DNA from: Callorhinchus milii
Lineage: Eukaryota
DNA: 64,000 nt
NCBI RefSeq assembly: GCF_018977255.1
Contig: NW_024704743.1
Location: 1,240,001 to 1,304,000 of the forward strand
Direction of reading: 5' to 3'
Shown: one piece after another, positions 51,776 to 64,000 of the stretch
Position numbering within the stretch: the stretch's first letter is position 1
Layout of the letters: every line of letters begins with the position of its first letter
Position numbers and translations under genes: made by a program
The notes under the pieces: generated by a model
Told to the model about the DNA's origin: nothing
What the model saw: only the letters and a program-made list of their open reading frames with translations
The model's database searches: none

Positions 51776-53704
51776 GATTTAAAGAATTAAATACCTTAAG
51801 TGGTGCTCTGGAATTTTAACATTAATTTGAATACAGAATCAGGTTGTGTTTCTCTACATATTTTTAATAACAATGAATTTTGCACCTGTTTTGAGCTTTG
51901 GACAGCTTTAGTGTGAAGGTTTTAGTTGGCTAAAAGTATTCGGACATATATAAAGGGAAAATATCTATTAGCTCATAGTGTTTAAATAAAGTGAGTCCTT
52001 AAGTCATTTACGAGGCTGGTTAAGGCTTTCAATGACTCACTGAGTTTACAGCTCAACTTTCTGGGACATAACATATGGCCAAAGTATAGCACCTCAGCTG
52101 TGCCAATGTCAAAAGCTCCCGCCCAGGAGGTTGAACTGAGAATCAGATTATTTTCAGAAATACCGCAGAGAGGAAAGGCTCAAGGAAACTCCCAAATTGG
52201 CAGTGGAAGCAAAATAAAAGGTGACCTTCCCTCTCTCCCTGACTCAGCATCAAAGTCCGCCACGGTTAAGCGCTCTGAGACACTGCCTGCGGGGAGGCCA
52301 CTATATAAATGCAAGTTGTTGTTGTATTACTCCTGGGTGAGTCAATCCTCAGCTGCATGGCTCTAAAGCAACGTGCTATGCTGCAGTTGTCTCAGACACT
52401 GAACCCACCACCGACTCCAACAACCTATCGATACGTTTTCGGTAATAGAAATCCCTTCCAGTAGATATTCAGAATCTTAATTACAGCATCCAAACATTAT
52501 ATCAAATGCAAATGAAAGGATTATGTTATTTACAGTAAATCTTGTGAAGCGTTTTGAGATATTCTCCTGATAGAGCCTTTCATATGATTGATGCCTTTGG
52601 GATAAAATGTGAAATTAGAGAATAAACCTATATGCAGCACAGATCAACAATCAGAACAACGTCAAAACATTTCAAGCAACCAACTACAGTGGGCGAGCGA
52701 GGAGGCAAAATAAGTGTTCAGCATTCTAATGTTGATTCTTAGTCATCCAAAAAAATGTTTCTAACCCCAAATGTTGACATTTTTCCAAGAGTTTCTGTTC
52801 AATGTAGTGACTGAATTTGTAGGCAAACCTATATTCCAATGCACCTGCAGCTTTGTCACTCAGCTCACTTTGTAGCTCACCAACTCAAACATACTGCAAA
52901 ATGCCAATAGACTTATGTCATGACCCTAATTCAATAGTTTCCATCAATAAAATAATCAGAATTACAGCATTAAATCAAATCATCCCCCTCAATGTACATT
53001 TTTGGAGGGACAAGATGTGCATTTGTTCTGCTGGGTATTTTTAACACACATCCTGTGAAGAGCTTTGCGACATCCTCCCAACACGAAAGGCGATATACTA
53101 AATGTAAGGACTATTATAACATTCATTACTTGATTATGCTGTGACCAATTGCAACAAGGCTACTTTTGTAAACAAAATGTCATGTACATCCAAGCAAAGG
53201 AATCTCTTCACCAGAACAGGGAAATATTATAGGTTCTGCTCAATGTGACATTCCACTTTTAATCAGCATTTCCCTCGTCTCACCAGGCCACTGGGAGTTT
53301 CACTTGCTGGGAGCCACACTCACATGCTTATGGCAATGATAGAACTAAGAACTACAGGTTGAACAATAAAAAGTTTTTCCTCTCTCTCCCTCCCCGCAGC
53401 CACATAAATAAATGTACAGGACAAAACTTCCCTCTCCCTAAAAAACATGCTGCAAACTACAACAGCTAACAGAAAGATTGCATGGGCGTCAATACTTTTG
53501 ATGATACAGGAATTTAAACCTACATTCATTCTGAAGAGTGTTTCTGCTGGATAGAAAATTCTCCCATCAGATTTAAATACCTAATGTTCCACTTAAAACC
53601 CTTAGGACAAGGAGAGGTAGCTGTAGTAATTATACAGTATATTTTACTCTGCAGAGAATAAAAGCCCATTGCGAGTTATTACAGAGCCTATCATATCTTG
53701 TAGT

Positions 53705-53980
53705 TATAATAATAACCCTTGCATTTGAAATAACGCCTTATCAGATCTTCAAGACGTCTCAAAGCGCTTCACAGAACATACTATAAAGTGAATATTTTGT
53801 GGGCGAAACGTGGCAGCCAATTGTGCACAAACTGTCGAAGATTGAATGACCATTTTTCTTCTCTTTTTTTTTAAAAGGATTATTTCACCCAGAAAATCGA
53901 TCCACCAATCGACTAACAACCAGTTTCCCACTTACTACTAGGTGAACAGAGGTAAGGAAACTTGCCCAACGTTTCGCTCT
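53705..53980 (-). mobile_element. SINE lacking most of the tRNA head
   Basis: Body and tail similarity. Confidence 0.8.
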
Positions 53981-55549
53981 ACAATGTCTGATGAGCAATC
54001 ACCCAAAGTTAGCCACATCATTTTTAGGAGTGGGGTTGGGGGGTTGGGGGTGGTAGAAAAGAAAGAGAACTGAGTTAATACTTTCCCACAAGGTAGAGGG
54101 CGAAATCAGTGAATCACTAGGGCACATTCTGGCACACTTCCCAGAAAAGTTCACTCAACACTAACAGGAGTAGCAAAGCCTTATAGGCATGTCACTTGCT
54201 CGCACCTTTGGCTGCTGAACGATGGACAAGATGTGTTGGGGTGTGGGGGGAAAAGGTAAGAAACCACACATAAAGGAGAAAAAACATGAATTAAAAATAT
54301 ATTTTTATGAAGGTGTTAATTTTTAGGTTCATTAATAATCCTTGCGTTTGATATAGTGCCTTATATCATTGATATTTCAAAGTATGAGACGTCTCAAAGT
54401 GCATCCCAGAATATACTGTAAAGTGAACTGATTGTTTTATATGGGTGGAACGCGGTAGCCAATTACACACAGCAGGACCCCACAAACAGTCGTGGATTGA
54501 GTGACCAGAAAGGTGCAGATAACAGCAAATTATTTTTGCTCTAATGCCATCCCCATTTCCCACCATGCTCGGGTTTCTATACCATCTCTATGAAGCATTT
54601 TGAGATGTTATCTTTAAATTACGCTCTACAAGTGCAAGTCGCTTTTTCTTTAAATTCTCTTGTAATTACTGGCAGACACTCTTTTTTTTGAAAAATTCAC
54701 TTTAGTGCAAGCTGGAATAAGGTCCAGCTGAAATCAATGCTGCATTGGTTCAGTACATTATGACAGATCTCTGATATTGTTGGGAGGGACTAACCAGTTT
54801 GACCTTTCAGGTCCTGAACAATCAAATGCAATCCAAAAAACGACAACGGTACAGAGAATAGGACTGACAGGATGCCAATCCATTTAGGGATGGGGAAGTA
54901 TTACAATAACATTCACAGAGGTTATTCCATTAGAGATTCTCTTTGCAAACCCAATGCTGAAACATTAAAACCTGGTATTTCCCTTTAACGTTGCAGAGAA
55001 AGCAAATGTGATTAATTGTATTGATCATTCTCCTTTATACCGGGTTCATATTATTGTTGTATTACATTCACCTACAAAATAGATTCATTATACTTTATAG
55101 TATATCCTGTGAAATGCTTTGAGACTCCACCTCACACGAAAGGCACTAAATCAATGTAAGGATTATTATACTACTCTAATTTGGAAATAATAGGAGCAGG
55201 AAGTCATATTTATACTTCCCAGTTTGAAATCGCTTTGGTCAGGGAGCTCTGCACATTCGCAACTGAATACAAGGAGCTCTGCAATCCTGTGCGGAATAGA
55301 TTGCACTGAAGCTTTTAAGGAATCAGTTTTGAACAGAGGTCAAATCACTTTATTCTTGCAGGATTTAAATTGCAGTGGCGTGAATCGATTGCCTGCAGAA
55401 ACTGCCTCCTCAAAATGGCTTCAGCTACTGGTCTCGAACACGAATTTTGTGATCGTGTCGGTCGAACTTATATTTTGTCATTGCTCTTTGAGGTTTTCAA
55501 CGACTGCAAAATTCAAACTGCCGTTCTCATTCGTGGATTGAATGCCCAT

Positions 55550-55748
55550 ATTATTATAATAAGAGATTATTACTCCCGGAAAAGCAATCTGCCAATCAAC
55601 TATCATCAGGGTTCCTACTTACTGCTAAGTAAACAAAGGCGTGTGAAGTAAGGAAATCAGCCTAAGGTTTTGCCTTGCCCGAGAACCAAAAGCCAGGTCG
55701 TCTTGCTTGCGAGGCGAATGCTCTAACCAATATGCTACGGGACTCCAC
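55550..55748 (-). mobile_element. SINE 5' half
   Basis: Head gtggagtcc and central segment. Confidence 0.8.
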
Positions 55749-57804
55749 AAAGAAACAAATAGACTCGGCCTCAGCAATGATTTGTGATGAAAAATTCCAC
55801 ATTCCAACCACCTTTTAGCAGGTTTATTGCATGGTTTTAAAGAAAACCATTCTGACCACTTTAAAATAACCCTTTAACTAAAAAACATGATATTTGAAAC
55901 ATTTCTCCCACAAAATACAGTCATTGCACTTTACAGTATATTCTGCGAAGCGCTTTGAGACGTCTTAACGACATGATAAGGCACTATATCAAATACAAGG
56001 ATTATTATTATTTAACTAGGCTGAAAATTAACAAGTACAAAATGCAGAAAAATAATTTGTCTTTTTAATCTTCCACAATGCTTGCCCACAAAATGCAAAC
56101 TTGCATCGTAACTCGAGGTGAAAAGCTCCGTATCAGATATAAGGACTATTATCATGTTATACAAGGGTCATGTTGTGGTTGATGTACTCATAAGTAGCAC
56201 AGTCTGGATCAGAGAGAAAGGAGTACCAAATGAGTTGGCGAGACAAACAAAAAGGTCATACCATTAGATGTATAAACATCTCAAAACATCCCACACAAAC
56301 CACCGATAATCTGAGAAAAGGGGGTGGGGAGAAGTGATGCAAAGAAACAAGACTAAAGGAGATTGAAATCTCCAGCGAGGCTGGTCTAACAAATGAGTCA
56401 CTGCATTTCTTTAACTATAGCAACTGTCCCACTTGTATTCACCCCTGCAGTAACTGAATACACCAATCTTTCACATTTTTGGTATATCTGAAGATCATAA
56501 TAATCCTTGCATTTGATATAGCCCCTTATCAACATCATTGAGACATCTCAAAGCGCTTCACAGAATATACTGTAACGTGAATTGACTGTATATTTTGTGG
56601 ACAAAAAACAGCAGCCAATTGTACGCAGCAGTGTCCCACAAACAGATGCTTTCATCAGAATCCTGACCTCATGTCAAAATGTTTTGAGTGTTTTCTGTAA
56701 GGTGTAATGACTGTGAATTTGTAAGGCGAGTGCAGCAGCCAATTTGAATAGAGCAACGTCCCACAAACATCCATGAAGGAACGACCATTACCTGGGGGAT
56801 TATTAGTCAGGACACTGAAGAAAATTCTTTTCAAATAGTGCCATGAGAGGTTCTTGTCTGATCAATTATCCTCCAAATAAATTAGTTATTCAACTCAGTC
56901 ATTTGTTTCTGTGCACAAAATGGCTGCTTAGGTTTGGCAATATTAGACAACAATTACACTAAAATGTTTGACATGAAGACAGTGTAAAGACTAAGGTTAC
57001 GTCTCAACATAACGATTATACCAAAATAAAGAATTATTATTACTATTGTTGGATAATGGCAACTTAATCTTTGTGGCATTTGAAACAGGACATCAAACAA
57101 GCCCACTGACTATTTCTTGGTTTTGTGATCCTAGAAATTAGATTACCAAACGCTCCTTAATACTCGTGCCAGGAGCATTAAAACAAAAACATTGTGGCTC
57201 CTAGAAACGTCTCTTGAATTTAAATGCTAGTGAACAACTTGAGGTCCTACGTGGGTGGTGACAATGGCACAAAGGTAACTGCTCTTGGGAAAACAGCAAA
57301 CAGCAAAATCAAAGCCTTTTTTTTGAAACATAAAGAAGGCGGTTGTGCTTTTGCGAAGTAAAGGTCATCTCCTAACCTCAAACTGCATGCTGAAAAACCA
57401 ATATTACCTTTCGTATTTAAAAATATATATTGTGGGTGTGTAGATTAAATGATGGGCTTTTATTTCATCGCACTGGGCTTGAAAACATTCTGCATAATGA
57501 TAAACAAACTTGCAATACCTTTTACATTTCTGAAACTGTAATAAAACACAGGAACTCATTTCCATCTTAATTTGAACTCCACGCCTCATTTCTGCAGATT
57601 TGGCATGTCCCCTCCTATTTTTTTTAACCTCTTCTACAGAAGCCAAGCTATGTGCGAGAATAATTTTTTTTATTATTTAAAACAGTAGTTGAAGCAGAGT
57701 ACATTCTCACCTTTAAAAAAAAAAGGTCTGTAATGGGAAATGCATAGCAGGGTATGGGGAAAAGGAGTGGGACTCAATGGATAGCTTTTAGGGCAGGGTG
57801 ATCT

Positions 57805-58175
57805 TTTTATGGCTAGTCAGGTGTCTGACACATGCATAAACCCATTACCAGATAGAGTTTCACACATGTAGCCCACAACGACTGGAAATTTCCCTGTATC
57901 TGGAATAAAATGCACACTCTCCCCCTAAAAACATCACACTCTGCTTACTCAATTCCACAAAATATTAAGACGCAGGTCGGTGAGAGACATGGATTGGGGA
58001 TACCAAAGTGTGTGTTGGGGCACTGCTCCAGTTCACCCAGCTTAAAACGCATAGCTTACCATTGAGAGCACTGTTGGCAAGCTTCCTGCTGCTTGTCCAG
58101 CTACAAACACCCAATTCATTAGGGCTTTGGCTTGCTGGATTGACAGGAGCCGAGTGGAAAGAATCCTTGGGGATG
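57805..58175 (-). repeat. Repeat family B copy
   Basis: gtcaggtgtctga...gcttactcaattcc...gggctttggcttg...gagccgagtgg. Confidence 0.7.
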
Positions 58176-58186
58176 CGGACAAGCCA

Positions 58187-58360
58187 GGATAAACAACTTT
58201 CAAAAGGGAATTAGACAGGTACTTGAAAAGGAAAAATTTGCAAAGGTATGGGAAAGAGCGGGGGGGGGTGGGACTGATTGGGTTAGCACTTCCAAAGAGC
58301 CGACACAGGCACGATGGGCTAAATGGCCTCTTTCTGTGCTGTAATATTCTATGATTCTAA
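58187..58360 (+). mobile_element. CR1-clade LINE 3' end (second tail type)
   Basis: ttcaaaagggaattagacagg...atgggctaaatggcctctttctgtgctgtaa; related copy at ~15560-15695. Confidence 0.78.
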
Positions 58361-58631
58361 CCAAGTCTCTCATCAGCAGGGATCAGCTAAATGGCTCATA
58401 TGTAGTACTGATTTCCCCCACTTGCTGCACTATGTGAAACAACTCATTTCATAGATAAGAACTTATATTTTCATAACTTTGAAACATCTCATAGTGCTTC
58501 ACTGTATTTACGGTCAGGTGCAATGACTTTTTGAGACAAAATATGGCAGCCACTAGAGTGTCAATCTAGGATAGTAGCTTCACTTCCAATGCAGTTTACC
58601 TTCTACCTTAAGACACCCTATCAACTTTTTC

Positions 58632-58995
58632 TGGAGTCCTGTAGCGTAGTTAGAGCAATCGTCTGGCAAGCGAGAGGATCTGAGTTCAATTTCAGGACAG
58701 GGCAAAATGTTAGGCAAATATCCTTACTCCACACGTCTCTGTTTACTTAACAGTAAGTGGGAACCCGTTTGTCAGTCGATTGGCGGATTGCTTTTCCGGG
58801 AATAATAATCCCTTAAAAATCAATTTGGTCACCCAATCCATGACTGTTTGTGGGTCACTGCTGTGTACAATTGACTGATGTGTTTCGCCCACAAAATATA
58901 CAGTCAATTAACTTTACAGTGTATTTTGTGAAGCGCTTTGAGATTCTCAAAGACGTGATAAGACTCTATATCAAATGCAAGGATTATTATTATAG
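58632..58995 (+). mobile_element. tRNA-derived SINE, long form
   Basis: Complete head, central segment, tail. Confidence 0.85.
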
Positions 58996-59086
58996 CAATT
59001 GCTAGAGTACCTTTGCCCTACAATAAATGCCTGCAGTTTGACTGCATCAATTGCAGCCGGTGCAGCCCAGGCACACTAATACTATA

Positions 59087-59243
59087 AAACACAAAATACT
59101 GCAGTTGCTGGAAATCTGAAACAAAAACAGAAGTCGCTGGGAACACTCAACAGGTCAGGCAGCATCCATGGAGAAAGGAAAGTGAGTCAACGTTTTGGAT
59201 CCATGACTCTTTGTCAGAACAGTCTGTTCTGACGAAGGATCAT
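59087..59243 (-). mobile_element. Penelope-like terminal repeat with short inverted segment and 16-bp TSD
   Basis: Homologous to 14590-14695; gcacactaatactata at 59071-59086 and 59244-59259. Confidence 0.8.
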
Positions 59244-59612
59244 GCACACTAATACTATAGTTCCCTTTGTCACAGATGTACAAAAAAAAAGTTCTGATGA
59301 GTGTCTCCAGCTTTGCACAGCTAGATAATTTGGGGAAAAAAAAACAAGTCTCCGGAAGAATATTTCAAATGAAACGCTATATTCAACCTCAAGAAGGTCA
59401 AAGTCAACAATTAGAGGGAGGGAGAATGTCCTGTGGAAATTTTAGCAGCAGGTTGACTTTGTCTCGTGTTGATACAAAGTCTGACCAACAGCTGGATTCC
59501 CCTGTTTGATGTCTACATATATGGGGGGGGGGGGGGAGGGAATCGAAGTGACCAGAGAGAGACATGGAGGAGATCCTGATACAGATTCTTTCACTCAGCA
59601 AACACTGGTCTG

Positions 59613-60350
59613 CTTTTTTTGTTGGTCTGATACATACGGAAACCCATCACCATGCTCAAGCGTATCCAAATCAGACTGAGAATTCCATGCATCCCAACTG
59701 CACACGGAAATCCCAGAGATAGGTTGTTGGAATGGAATGCGCTGTCTATCCCTGGAGGGTCACATCCTGCTTACCTAATTCCGTAACTATTAGGCGCGAG
59801 TTGGCAGGAGCTAAGGCTTATTACATGAAGTATTATATTAATAATGTTTGGTCCCACTATGTCTATAAACAAAGCAAAAAAAAAACACCAGCACTTGGAA
59901 AACCAGCCATATTCCCACCTTGATGTGCTTGGCTCGGGTTTACGCTGACATAGGATGCGATGAAAAATATACATTTTGAAAAGAATCACATTACAATTAA
60001 TTACAGTAAATGTTTGTCAATCACTTGTTCGAGATGTTACTTCGGGGTCAGAAGTCAGAGTGTGCATTGGGGTACTGCTGGAATCTAACAGCTAAAACCA
60101 CATAGCTTGTCCAGGTAGGACCACCCTACTCGTTAGGTCTTTGGCTGCAGGGTCACCAGGAGCTGAGTGGGAGGAATCCCTAACCCCAGTGACTGGTCTG
60201 CCCTTCCAGGTCCTGTCGATGAGCCATCTGGACTGTGCTGTCATTAGCAGTGCCCTGGAGTACTGTGGACCCGTCTGGCTCAGAAACCAGACGAGAGACC
60301 GTCACGGACGGCTGGCTCAACTCTGCCAAACATGTCAGCTGGGAATGAGA
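59613..60350 (-). repeat. Repeat family B, two segments (59613-59810 and ~60050-60350)
   Basis: Reverse complement matches 48900-49270; another decayed piece near 62560-62780. Confidence 0.7.
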
Positions 60351-63300
60351 TCCCTCTCCCCCACTCTACGAGGATAATCACTAGTTGGTCATTCGACATC
60401 CAACAAGCATGGGTTTGAGCTCTCACTTGGTGGATGGTAGGTCCCAAGAACCTTCTGCTTCATATCCCCTGTCCTATCAGTGGGCGAGCCTTGAGCCACT
60501 CTCTGGAACTCCCTCCTGCTCGACGCTCCCTCCCCAGTTTCAAAGCCCACCTCAAGACTTGCCTCTGACCTCTCTGTGTCATCTTCCCTCCCACGCACCC
60601 TCTTCGGCTCTTCTCCCACCACCCCCGCAGAGAGTGCCCACCAGCTATGTAACGCGCATGGAGACATCCTCCCACATTAGAGGCATGGTATAAACGCAGA
60701 TTCTATTCAAATTTTATGCTAGATCATTTCATTTTGACACCGTTCCTGCACTTTTATTTGACAAATACTCTTCAAACCCCCCCCACCCCACACACACAAA
60801 ATACAAAAGTAAACTTTTGAAAAGAGATTTTAAGAAATTAAAAAAGGAGAAAACAAGGGCAACCGTTAAATAAGTTGTCTGTGTGCGTAATGGCAGTTTG
60901 TGTGTGTGTAACTGAAGTACATTCTTACAGTCCTTGAACCACAACCACCAAACATGGTCCTGGGACAAGAATTTCATGCATCAAGATATTCATCTTAAGA
61001 ATTAGCGTGAGAAAATACATGCCCCCATTATACAAAGCTTGACTCTGTATCACATTAGCACAACAACACTAATGCAAGATTATTAGAAATAAAATTTTTC
61101 TGACTGGGCCAGAGAGAAGCCAGTAATGCACGATGAAAGCCAATATTTATTCTTGGAACAAACTCAGCAGACCAAACATATTATTGCAAGACTCCTTCAA
61201 TTCAGGCATTACTGACTCACGTTTGCTTTTGTTCCATGTACTAATGGTTTATAATTAACATTTCAATGTAGTTTTATGTTGAAATATAGGCCCTCAAGCA
61301 GATTAAAATAACTTGGCGATTAAAAAAAATTCTGATACCTGCCGAGAACTACACAATTCTAAGATCACGGTCGGCGTTCAGTCATCATTTGAGACATCTT
61401 GAAGATATAAGGCGATATATCAAACGCAAGGATTATTATTATTATCATCATCATCCCTGGATGACTTTTTTGCTGAAACAAAAAAAAACTTCTAACCCTG
61501 ACATTCAGACTGATTCCAGTTTAGCAATCACAGAGATTGCTAAAAGCCATCCGGTCTGATTATCATTCCCAAGCAATCCTCAACATAAACTGCTTCCAAC
61601 AATTCTCACTCTCGCCCCCACCCCACACATAATATAATAATAATCCTTGCACCTTATCACGTCTTCAATACATTTCACATATTCAATTTCAGTCACACTC
61701 CCCCCCCCCATAGATTTGGTCTTGTCTTCCGATTATCCTGGCTTTCCTCTATAAACCACCTGAACAAAGCCTTCCTCAATTAATTCCACACTTGCAAATC
61801 ACCTTTGCTCCTGCTTGTAGTTGCTCCCGTGCATCTACGTATCACGTCTGTTTCATTTTATTATGATATAATTTTACGGGAACATGCATCAAGTTTACTC
61901 TCATCAAAGCATTCCCAATTTTATTCATCCCTTCAATCCTGCAGCTGGAGTGGTGGTTGGCACACAACTACAGCTGCGCTGCCAAACAAACAAGTTGTAT
62001 CAGTCTTGGCGAGATTGATCTGTGCCTCGAACATCAATTTACTCCCTATTTTGGAAACATTTTTCTGAACGTTTCTCTCGTGAGGCCTTTCGATTGTCAA
62101 ATGCAACAGTGCGTAATGGCTGTCAATTTCGATGCGCGGTGTTTTAAAAACACCAATTCACACTGTCACACACATCAATTCAGCTAAAACGAGCTGAATT
62201 GCAGAATTAATATCTCAGAGTGATGTACGTTACAAGGTTTAACTCGAGACAAAATGTTATGGGAATAACTAGGTTAAAAAGAAAAAAAAAGAGACTGTTG
62301 ATTTTAGACAGACCAAACCATTGCCTTCACGGTTTCTTTTCACTTCCCTACTGATCACTAGCCCATATCCCCTCTCAAAGTGCCTGTTCCAACCAACTGT
62401 GTGTTTGTGGAATCGAACGCCCGCTATTATCAGTGTTCCAGTTCCACAGAAAGAAGAAGCAAGCGACGTTCGCCTACTGCTTATGAACTCTGATATCGTC
62501 ATTCCATTAACCTTGCTATACGTGAGCATAACAGCCAACCGTGTCTGTTGTAACCCTGGAGGTTAATCAGCTAAAACCACCTATCCTATCTTTGCAAGTT
62601 ACTGGTGGTTTTGGTCTGCTTGTCCAGCCACAATCAGCCGACACATTAGGACTTTGGCTTGAGAGCTTATTAGAAGCCGAGCTGAAAGGTTTCCATCCCC
62701 AATAAACTCGCTGCCTATGATGCAACCAGTTCGGCTGAATGGCCCAGGAGAGCGGCACACTTGCCAGTCTCAGTTATCAGACAATCGAGAGGTCAGAGAA
62801 TAGAATTTAAAATCCCACAACTCAGGGATTCAAGGTCAAGTGAAGCTCACACATTGGCGGAAGCAATTGGAAAACATTTGAAAGTCAATGCTCATTTCCA
62901 GTCTTGGTTGGTTGTTAATTTTAAATTTTAAACCCATCTTAAATCTGGATTTGGTTTTGTGCTTTCTCTGTTTGTTGAGTGGCAAATAAGGCAACAACGA
63001 ATCAACCAACACCACCAACAACCATATTTCAAACCTCGGTTATGTAGCTATTCAAATGAATTCGCTCTTTGAAATCTAATGCGGGATTTCAATAGCGCTG
63101 GTTTTGGCCGCTTGACGGTTGCTAACAGAGCACAACCCTTTGAGAACGTAGTCGGAAAAGGTCAGAGCTCGTTGTAACATCAGAAACTTTTCCATAGTTT
63201 CACAGCCTCAGCTCCCCATAGCAGGTCCCTCATCAATGCCAGCTGCAGAGAAAGGCGTTTTACAGTGTTGTGAGAAAACGCTCTAAAAATGTTTTCTTCT

Positions 63301-64000
63301 CCACAGAGAAAGACACTTAAATATAAAACGAAGTCAATTCGTTACATTCTCACTCCACTACCACCACCAACATCTTGCGTTTATCTAGCTCGGGGTAACA
63401 TCCCACAAGTGCTTGAGAGTGGCTGAGTACGTCCACCGGCAAAGATTTGCGAACAATCAAAAACGTTTGCCAATTATATTGAGTTGTACTCCACAAAATG
63501 ATATCCTGTGCAAAACCAAGTTTTTAACAAAGATGGACAGAGGTTGATCTTAATACCTGATCATCATCTTCATGCCCTGGCCAACAATTATTGATTTCAT
63601 GGCCATTTTGGGACATTGTTGTCCGCAATTGTGCTACTGCATTTGTCTATAAATACACAGTCACTCCAGAATTCCTATATAGCGCCCTGGGACAGTGAAA
63701 GGACCTATACTAATTTGCTGTTGTTGAGACATCCTTCTGATTTGATAAGGTGCTATTCTAAATGCAAGGAATATTACTAGAATTATTATTCTTGCTGAAA
63801 ATCCACATGAAATCTAAATCATTGCACAAACTCGAATAGGGAAAAGTTACACAGGTTTATACAATTATTCTGTGTGTATATTCAGATATATATTATATAA
63901 ATTTTATATATATTATTTTATTATACATATATAAAGCGGTGTTGGCAGGGGAGGGGGTATAGCAAGTTTTATTGAGGATGATGTACTTCAGGCCGCCGCA

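Noticed and set aside
63860..64000. ZBTB47 promoter or first exon
   Set aside because: Only an AT-rich tract and a few GC-rich terminal bases; insufficient evidence

Overview
Vertebrate genomic DNA, most likely a cartilaginous fish and plausibly a holocephalan (inferred from the repeat content, not proven). The window holds one protein-coding gene, ZBTB47 (ZNF651), on the minus strand. Five coding exons (37018-35636, 12481-12334, 10372-10257, 8484-8340, 6563-6157) have canonical GT-AG sites and compatible phases and splice into a 732-codon frame: BTB domain, acidic tract, C2H2 zinc-finger array, Pro/His-rich tail. The first exon/promoter probably lies beyond position 64000. Positions ~1-6156 are nearly repeat-free and probably 3'UTR. 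The introns are dense in retroposons: a tRNA-Ala-headed SINE, L2 and CR1 3' fragments, older Deu-core SINEs, two Penelope-like fragments and two repeat families I cannot name. Most notable: degenerate minimal hammerhead ribozyme motifs in both Penelope fragments (one insertion has a 16-bp target-site duplication), an unnamed repeat whose inverted copies sit at the two ends of a 23-kb intron, and a young SINE subfamily whose tail matches a young L2. I see no clear new biological system; these are leads. Repeat boundaries are by eye and approximate; family assignments are from memory, not database searches.
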